Part shown: positions 58,383 through 64,000 of the stretch, piece by piece
Position numbering within the stretch: position 1 is the stretch's first letter
How the letters are laid out: each line of letters starts with the position of its first letter
NCBI GenBank assembly: GCA_043800755.1
Contig: JAZDMQ010000034.1
Coordinates: forward strand, 2,656-66,655
From: a bacterium
GTDB lineage: Bacteria; Methylomirabilota; Methylomirabilia; CAVQYV01
DNA: 64,000 bases
Direction: 5' to 3'
Translations under genes and position numbers: made by a program
The notes under the pieces: model-generated
Seen by the model: the letters and a program-made list of their open reading frames with translations, nothing else
The model's database searches: none
Told to the model about the DNA's origin: nothing

Positions 58383-59753
58383 TTGCTGGCCACGGGATAT
58401 GGTCGCATCTTGAGCTATTCCCTTGCCTCCAACCTGAAGGCGGAGGAGGTGCGAAGAGCGGCCCTGGGACGGCTGACCTCCCGAGGACAGAAGAACGACA
58501 TTCGGGGGATTCGCCTCGCCTTCGTCCCCTTCTATCGGCTGACCGGCCTCGATTTCTCCTGGAGTTGGAAAGACAAGGAGATCACCTCCCCCTTGTTGGA
58601 GACCCCTCACGCCAGCAACGCGGCCCTGGGGATCCTCCGCTTCGGGGAGGAGGCCTTGAAAAACCCCAACGGCGGACCCCTTCCCCCCCTCAAGGAGAAG
58701 GAATATCTCCTCACCTCAATCTACCTGGATCGCACCTTCCTGGCCGCGGACTTGCCCTCCCTGAGCCTCCGCTCCTTAGGGGTGCGCTCCCAGGTGCGCA
58801 CCCTTCATCTCTTCGATCCGGAAGCGCTATCGCGAGAAGGACAAGTGATCCCGGTGACCATGGACTGGAAGGAGGCCTGGAATCGCATAGAAACGGGCCT
58901 GCCCCTCGAAAACCTGACCCGGCGGCTGCTCATCAACCGGATCCTCTCCTTGGTCTTCTTCCCTCTATGGGAGGTTCAGGTCGATTCCGGGGCAAGGACC
59001 TCCTCCCTCCTCTTCGACGGCGTCGCCCGGTCTTTTCTCCAAGAGGAGGCGGCCTCTCGCTTCTTTTCGGAGTCTCCGGCCGGCAGCGGCTTCTCCGCCC
59101 AAACCCTGCGCTTCCGACCCCTGGCTTGCCCGAACTGCGGCGGAGGCCTCCCCGTGGATCGGGACTTTCGCCTCTTCTCCTGTCCCACCTGTCATCGGCT
59201 CTGGCATATCAAGGGGGACGAATTCGAAAATCTCCCCTACCGCCTGGCGGAGGCGCCCAAGAGGCTCGATCCGCGCCAGGTGCATTATCTACCCTTCTGG
59301 ATCTTCCTGGGACAGGTCCACCTCGAAGGAAGAACCATTGCCAGCAAATATGACCTCGCTCAGCTCGCTCCCCAGGCGCGTCTCCTGCGTGAGGAGGATA
59401 AGGCGATCCCGCTCCGCTTCTTCGTCCCGGCCTTCAAGGTCCGGGACCTTTCAGTGGCCAATCGCCTCTCCACCTCCTTCACCCGCATGCAGCCGCTCTT
59501 CCAAGTCAAGGAGCCCAGCGGGGAATCGCTCCATCCTGGCGGGGTCCTGGATCGAGATGAGGCAGCCACCTTCGCCCACCTTTCCCTGGTCTCCATCACC
59601 CCCAAGGGAAATCCCAAGCTGGTGGAGCGAGTGGCTCAAGCTGAGCTCACCCTCTCCCCGGGCGAGCTGGTCTTCTTTCCCTTTCAAGATCATCTGGATT
59701 CGCTGCGGGAGGACTTCCTCGGCACCGCGATCCACAAAGCGACGCTCCGTTAG
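58383..59753 (+). CDS. hypothetical protein with two zinc-ribbon-headed repeated modules (true start probably upstream, non-canonical)
   Basis: Track ORF from TTG 58383. In-frame upstream codons encode CPQCGGELNFDEGSNAVQCRFCGS with no ATG/GTG/TTG before it. A second ribbon, CPNCGGGLPVDRDFRLFSCPTCH, occurs mid-protein. The two halves share motifs. Confidence 0.4.
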   Translation: MLATGYGRILSYSLASNLKAEEVRRAALGRLTSRGQKNDIRGIRLAFVPFYRLTGLDFSWSWKDKEITSPLLETPHASNAALGILRFGEEALKNPNGGPLPPLKEKEYLLTSIYLDRTFLAADLPSLSLRSLGVRSQVRTLHLFDPEALSREGQVIPVTMDWKEAWNRIETGLPLENLTRRLLINRILSLVFFPLWEVQVDSGARTSSLLFDGVARSFLQEEAASRFFSESPAGSGFSAQTLRFRPLACPNCGGGLPVDRDFRLFSCPTCHRLWHIKGDEFENLPYRLAEAPKRLDPRQVHYLPFWIFLGQVHLEGRTIASKYDLAQLAPQARLLREEDKAIPLRFFVPAFKVRDLSVANRLSTSFTRMQPLFQVKEPSGESLHPGGVLDRDEAATFAHLSLVSITPKGNPKLVERVAQAELTLSPGELVFFPFQDHLDSLREDFLGTAIHKATLR

Positions 59754-59760
59754 GGGTCCA

Positions 59761-60255
59761 ATGAGGATTCATTTTCAATCCCTAAGATCGGAAAAGGATG
59801 GGCCGGCGGGCCTGGTGCTCGGTTGTCTTTTGATTGGCCTGCTCGGTCTGGCGGCCGGACTGGGCTTCAATTCCCTGCGGTCCTCCCCCCTGCCCTTAAT
59901 CCCCCCTTTTCTCCTCGCCTCCCCCTACCCGGAGGCCGGACCGGATCAGGCGCAGGAATGGGCCGAGGAGGGCAGGGTCCTCTTTCTGGACAGTCGTCCT
60001 CATGCGCAATACAAGAAGGCCCATCTGCCCCAGGCGGTGAGCCTCCCGGTGAAGGACTTTCCTGCCCTCTATCCGGTGCTCAGTCCGCTCTTCCCTGCAG
60101 AGGGATGGATCGTCATTTACGGGGAGGGCGGAGGGTGGCCCACGGAGAGGGAACTGGCCCATCTCTTCCGGAAGGCGGGGATGGAGAGGGTCAAGGTGTT
60201 GGCCGGGGGGTTCCGTGCCTGGAAGGAGAGGGGCTTTCGAGTGGAGGGGAGATAG
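59761..60255 (+). CDS. membrane-anchored rhodanese-homology-domain protein lacking the catalytic Cys
   Basis: ATG at 59761. N-terminal TM LVLGCLLIGLLGLAAG. Rhodanese fold (VLFLDSRPHAQYKKAHLPQAVSLP...AGGFRAWKERG) with IVIYGEGGGWPT where the Cys loop is expected. Confidence 0.6.
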   Translation: MRIHFQSLRSEKDGPAGLVLGCLLIGLLGLAAGLGFNSLRSSPLPLIPPFLLASPYPEAGPDQAQEWAEEGRVLFLDSRPHAQYKKAHLPQAVSLPVKDFPALYPVLSPLFPAEGWIVIYGEGGGWPTERELAHLFRKAGMERVKVLAGGFRAWKERGFRVEGR

Positions 60256-60258
60256 AGG

Positions 60259-60762
60259 ATGAATCAAGGCCGGCCTGATTCCTGGCGCAGAAGAATACTC
60301 CACTTTTTGAAAAGCCCCTACCTGGCTGCGCTACTGCGGATCATCCTGGGCGCCCTTTTCCTCGAGGCGAGCTGGGATAAGATCCTGCATCCGGCTCGAT
60401 TTGCCGAGGATGTGGCCAACTACGCTATCCTCCCCCCTTTGTTGGTCAACTTGTGGGCCCTCGTCCTCCCCTGGCTGGAGATGATCGCCGGCCTCTCTCT
60501 CATCCTGGGCCTCCTCTCCCGGAGCAGCGCCCTGGTCCTCTCTGCCCTCCTGGTCAGCTTCATCATTGGCATCTCCATCAATATCGCCCGAGGGGCGGAG
60601 ATCGACTGCGGCTGTTTTGGCGCCGGGGAAGAGCTCGGCTGGATCAGCCTATTCCGGGATCTCCTGTTCCTAGCCATGGGGATCCAGATCCTCTTCTGCG
60701 ATCGGGGCTTCCTGGGATTGGATTCTCTGTGGAGAAAACGGGGGGTGGAAAAGGAGGGGTAG
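60259..60762 (+). CDS. DoxX/MauE-family membrane protein
   Basis: 167 aa, four TM. ILGALFLEASWDKILHP...WLEMIAGLSLILGLL. CGCFG motif typical of MauE/DoxX-like proteins. Confidence 0.65.
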   Translation: MNQGRPDSWRRRILHFLKSPYLAALLRIILGALFLEASWDKILHPARFAEDVANYAILPPLLVNLWALVLPWLEMIAGLSLILGLLSRSSALVLSALLVSFIIGISINIARGAEIDCGCFGAGEELGWISLFRDLLFLAMGIQILFCDRGFLGLDSLWRKRGVEKEG

Positions 60763-60862
60763 AAAAGGGATTGCTTTGGGGTCGGTTTTGTGTTTTGCTC
60801 ATTGGATCCAGGATGGGATTTCTGGCAAGGGATTTTCGACGATAGCAAAGGAGGGATGGGTC

Positions 60863-61441
60863 ATGGCGAAACAGGTCCCCTGGGAAACCATTATAGAGGT
60901 CGCCTTGGACCGAAGCACCAAGGAACAGAAGCCGATCTTCGTTGATTTCTGGTTCGATGGCTGAATTGGCTGCAAATTTATGAATACGGATTCGTATTCA
61001 CAGGACAAGGTGGTCGGTTTCTTGGTGGAGAACTTCATCCCCGTCCGCAGCCAGTGCTTCTTTGACCACTTTACGGCGATGATGCGGCGGTATCAGGTGA
61101 AATGGACCCCGACCTTCGTGGTCCTGGATCCGGACGGAAGGGAGCACCACCGGGTGGTGGGATTCCTCCCGCCCGAGGACTTCATGGCCCAGTTGCAGTT
61201 GGGAAAGGCCAAGCTCTACTACGATCAGGATCGGCTAGACAAGGCCGCTTCCGAGCTCCAGATCGTAATTGACCGCTTTCCCCAGACGGCGGCCGCGGAG
61301 GAGGCCATCTTCCTCCTGGGCGTCTCCGGCTACAAGCGTACCCATCAGGCCGGGGAATTGAAAAAGGCTTGGGAGAGGCTCTCCCGGGATTATCCCGCGA
61401 GCGAGTGGAGCAAGAGGGCCCGGCCCTATTCGGCCCTGTAG
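60863..61441 (+). CDS. thioredoxin-fold (Thioredoxin_7/DsbD-gamma-like) protein with in-frame UGA at 60962 (candidate selenocysteine, UxxC motif) and a C-terminal TPR-like region
   Basis: Track ORFs 60776..60964 and 60980..61441 are in the same frame, separated only by TGA. Read-through gives KPIFVDFWFDG-U-IGCKFMNTDSYSQDKVVGFLVENFIPV, aligning to KPvlVDFtADWCgWCK...F.dpeV...L...FV.v. The UGA sits at the first Cys of CxxC. AAGGAGGG RBS before ATG 60863. Confidence 0.55.
60981..61000 (+). promoter_or_regulatory. SECIS-like hairpin downstream of the in-frame UGA
   Basis: UGAAUACG-GAUU-CGUAUUCA, an 8-bp stem with apical loop GAUU (G at loop position 1). Begins 17 nt after the UGA, apical loop ~25 nt after, within the range reported for bacterial SECIS elements. 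Confidence 0.35.
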
Positions 61442-61571
61442 TCCTCGGGGCACCTCAAGGGCGGGGACGGGGGCGGAGATGATTTAGGGCTCCCTCAGCC
61501 ATCTGAGGGAGCTTTGAAGGTAAGGACGTCCTGTTGGCGGCCTCACCCGTGCCGGAAGGTGCGGTGCGGGG

Positions 61572-63608
61572 TTACGCCCCTGAGATCTGCCCCTCCTGGC
61601 CCACCCCCACCTCTTCGATGCGCAGGCTGACCTCCTCCCATTCCCGGTACAGGGTGCGGATGCGATCTTCTAACTCCTCCTTCTCCCCAACCGCCGCTTT
61701 GGCCCTCTCCCCCTCCCGATAGAGCTCAGGCTGCGACAGGGCCTCCATGACTTCACTCATCCGGGCCTCCCGGGAGCGAATCTCCTGTTCGATTTCGCTG
61801 AGCTTCTCCCGGAGGGGCAAGAGCATCCTGCTCCGCTTCTGCCTCTCCTCTGCCTCTCTCCTCTTCTCCTCCTTGCTCTTGCGTCGGCCAGGGGCAGCGC
61901 CAGCTCCGGCAGCAGAGGCCTCTTCCGACAGCTTGACCCCGGGGCTGGCATCGGGCGGCCAGGTCTCTCGCTGCCTCCGCTCCTCCTCCTCGACCTTCTC
62001 CCAATAGTAGTCGTAGTCTCCCAGGAACTCCCGTATCTTCCCCGCCTTGACCTCAACCACCTTGTTGGCGATGCGATTGATGAAATAGCGGTCATGGGAG
62101 ATGAAGACCATCGTCCCCTCCCAAGCGGAAAGGGCTTCTTCCAGCACTTCACGGGCATCCAGGTCCAGGTGGTTGGTTGGCTCATCCAGGAGCAGGAAGT
62201 TCACCGGCTTGAGCAGCATACGCGTCAGGGCCAGACGGCTCTTTTCCCCGCCGGAGAGCACCGAGACCTTCTTTTCCACCTCCTCCCCCGAGAAGAGGAA
62301 GGCCCCTAAGATGGCACGGAGTCGAGGCTGCATCTCGAAATCCGCCACCTCCGCCAATTCCTCCAGCACGGTGTGGCCGGAGTGAAGTGCCTCCAACTGG
62401 TGCTGGGCGTAATAGAAGAGGGAGACCTGGGTGCCCAGGGCTCGCTGCCCCTTTTCGAAGGGAAGCACCCCGGCCAGGATCTTAACCAGGGTGCTCTTCC
62501 CAGCCCCATTCGGCCCCACCAGGGCGACCCGATCGCCCCGGGTGAGCTGAAAGTCGAGGCCGGAATAGACAACATTCTCTCCATAGGACTTGCGCACGCC
62601 GGAGAGATGGGCTACATGGAGTCCACTGCGCGGAGGGGTGGGGAATCTCAGGTTTAGGCTGCGGGTGGCCCTGCGCTCGACGGTCGCCTTCGGCATCTTC
62701 TCCAACATCTTGATCCGGCTCTGGACCTGGCTGGACTTGGTATTTTTCGCCCGGAACCGCTCGATGAAGCGCTCCACTTGTTCGATGCGCCGTTCCTGGT
62801 TGCGCATCGCCGCCTCCTGCAACCTCTGTCGTTCCTCCCTTTGGACACAATACTGATCATAATTTCCCGAATAAAGGGTCAGCGATCCGGCTTCCAGGGC
62901 CGCAATCCGGCTCACCATCCGATTTAACAGGTAGCGATCGTGGGAGACCAGGACATAAGTCCCCTCGTAGTTGCAGAGGAAATCCTCCAGCCACCGGATC
63001 GCCTCCAGGTCCAAATGGTTGGTCGGCTCATCCAGGAGCAGGTAATCGGGCCGAGTCAGGAGGAGGCGCGCCAGGGCCACCCGCATCTGCCAGCCACCAG
63101 AGAGCTCCCGAAGCGATCCGCGGATTTCTCGCTCGCCGAACCCCAGTCCGGTCAGGATGGATCGAGCCCGAGACTCCAGGCTGTACCCGCCCTTCGCCTC
63201 ATATTCCTGCTGCATGGCCCCGTAGCGGCCCAGCATCGCCTTCCACTCCGGGTCATCCTCCTGCACCTTTCCCCTGCCGGCGGCCTCCTCCATTTGATTG
63301 CGCAGCCACTCCAGCTCCTCTCCCAGGCGAGGCACCTCCTCGAAGCCCGCCATCACGAAGGAAAGCACCTGATCGCCCTCCAGGGTCTCGATCTCCTGGG
63401 GCAGGTAGCCCAATCGAGCCCCCCGGGAGCGGTGGATCTCACCCTCGTCGATCCCCTCCTGCCCCAAGATGATGCGGAAGAGGGTGGTCTTCCCCGCCCC
63501 ATTGGGCCCCACCAGACCTATCTGCTCCCCCTTCCTGATCTGCCAGGAAAGATTGCGAAAGAGGTACTTGCCTGCAAATTGCTTGGAGATCGATTTCAGG
63601 TCAATCAT
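61572..63608 (-). CDS. ABC-F family ATPase (two ABC domains, no TM domains)
   Basis: 678 aa. Two Walker A motifs (GPNGAGKTT, GPNGAGKST), two LSGG signatures, inter-domain linker and a charged coiled-coil C-terminal extension. Confidence 0.85.
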   Translation of the reverse strand: MIDLKSISKQFAGKYLFRNLSWQIRKGEQIGLVGPNGAGKTTLFRIILGQEGIDEGEIHRSRGARLGYLPQEIETLEGDQVLSFVMAGFEEVPRLGEELEWLRNQMEEAAGRGKVQEDDPEWKAMLGRYGAMQQEYEAKGGYSLESRARSILTGLGFGEREIRGSLRELSGGWQMRVALARLLLTRPDYLLLDEPTNHLDLEAIRWLEDFLCNYEGTYVLVSHDRYLLNRMVSRIAALEAGSLTLYSGNYDQYCVQREERQRLQEAAMRNQERRIEQVERFIERFRAKNTKSSQVQSRIKMLEKMPKATVERRATRSLNLRFPTPPRSGLHVAHLSGVRKSYGENVVYSGLDFQLTRGDRVALVGPNGAGKSTLVKILAGVLPFEKGQRALGTQVSLFYYAQHQLEALHSGHTVLEELAEVADFEMQPRLRAILGAFLFSGEEVEKKVSVLSGGEKSRLALTRMLLKPVNFLLLDEPTNHLDLDAREVLEEALSAWEGTMVFISHDRYFINRIANKVVEVKAGKIREFLGDYDYYWEKVEEEERRQRETWPPDASPGVKLSEEASAAGAGAAPGRRKSKEEKRREAEERQKRSRMLLPLREKLSEIEQEIRSREARMSEVMEALSQPELYREGERAKAAVGEKEELEDRIRTLYREWEEVSLRIEEVGVGQEGQISGA

Positions 63609-63726
63609 GGTCCGATATGATAGATGGGTCTCTTTCCCAAGGCAATCAAAAAAGGGAATCCTTTCAGGATTCCATATCCCCCGGAGAAATCATTTGCCCG
63701 GATCCCTTCACCCTTCACCTTATCTA

Positions 63727-63758
63727 TTGACATCTGGCCATCCCCTATTATATATAAT
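63727..63758 (+). promoter_or_regulatory. candidate sigma70-like promoter on the plus strand at the window end
   Basis: TTGACA (63727..63732), 18-nt spacer, TATATA/TATAAT (63751..63758) in an AT-rich island. Downstream 240 nt to the window end has no ORF in the track. Confidence 0.3.
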
Positions 63759-64000
63759 AATCGATAGATAGCGAACGAGACTCTTCCAAACGATCTTCAC
63801 CTGGTCCGACGGGGGAAGGACGCACTTTGCCCGAGAGGCAGATCATGGAAATTCGGTCCTGCGTTCGTTCTGAAACGGTTCCCTGCGCGCGGCCGCCGAG
63901 GCATGCCAAGGTTTGAGGTATGCCAGGGCGGCTTCTTGTTTTTCTGTGGCATTCCTCGGCCTTTCGCTGAGTATCGCAGAAGGCGTTGGGCCGAGGGGTG

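Noticed and set aside
59338-59760. N-terminal 141 codons of track ORF 59338..60255
   Set aside because: This part is an alternative frame of the zinc-ribbon protein gene. The rhodanese-like gene starts at ATG 59761, directly after that gene's stop.
60962-60964. Alternative reading of the TGA as a genuine stop, giving a 33-aa peptide plus a separate 153-aa gene
   Set aside because: Same frame on both sides, fold alignment continuous across the codon with the stop landing on the first redox cysteine, and a well-placed downstream hairpin. A stop here would leave the downstream gene without its first beta-strand and CxxC partner. Still flagged as needing confirmation.

Overview
This window is about 64 kb of high-GC (~58-60%) bacterial chromosome, and all but a few hundred bases are coding. 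Gene content suggests a delta-proteobacterium, Nitrospirae or a similar anaerobe. I call roughly 60 protein genes. No rRNA, tRNA, CRISPR array or mobile element was detected.

Housekeeping genes form most of the window:
- The left end runs gpmI(partial)-lapB-like-dksA-like, then rsfS-nadD-proA-proB-obg, rpmA-rplU, and rng next to a fused radical-SAM gene (TIGR03960/TIGR03936-like).
- A gap-pgk-tpiA-secG operon follows, then a peptide-type ABC importer (substrate-binding protein plus two permeases), coaE and polA.
- Further right come rsmE, prmA, dnaJ-grpE-hrcA, lepB, a polyprenyl synthase, trxB, an outer-membrane protein, smpB, an Fe-alcohol dehydrogenase, a threonine-synthase-like gene, lexA, and an ABC-F ATPase at the right end.

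The accessory and novel-looking parts are these:
1. The strongest finding is a thioredoxin-fold gene (60863..61441) read through an in-frame UGA at 60962. The UGA sits exactly where the first Cys of the WCxxC redox motif should be, giving UxxC, and a SECIS-like hairpin lies about 17 nt downstream. This is a candidate selenoprotein. It sits in a rhodanese-like (no catalytic Cys) - DoxX/MauE - thioredoxin-like module.
2. A five-gene signalling operon on the minus strand (26139..34695) encodes hybrid kinases and response regulators, including REC-GAF-HD-GYP and a REC-degenerate-GGDEF protein.
3. A divergent pair of unknown genes (57463..59753) has a small protein with a caspase/CHAT-like His-Gly...Cys dyad facing a duplicated zinc-ribbon protein. 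The zinc-ribbon gene contains an in-frame zinc-ribbon motif upstream of any canonical start codon, so its start is probably non-canonical.
4. An Nramp-family transporter gene with a DPGN->GPGL substitution is preceded by a promoter, a ~190-nt leader and an intrinsic terminator, which looks like a riboswitch or attenuator.
5. The lexA promoter (TTGACA-N17-TATAAA) has a Cheo-like box, TAACATTTGTTA, in its spacer, and lexA is followed by a SulA/ImuA-like gene.
6. A secreted isochorismatase-family protein is an intragenic tandem duplication with long stretches of nucleotide identity.
7. A 16-bp inverted repeat lies upstream of the gap promoter.
8. A conserved UPF0237 (ACT) / UPF0210 gene pair sits next to a sugar-isomerase-like gene.
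9. An ORF-free 562-nt spacer beside smpB contains a terminator-like structured element; no ssrA (tmRNA) gene was found nearby.

All coordinates are derived from the supplied ORF track or from direct reading of the sequence. No database search was run.
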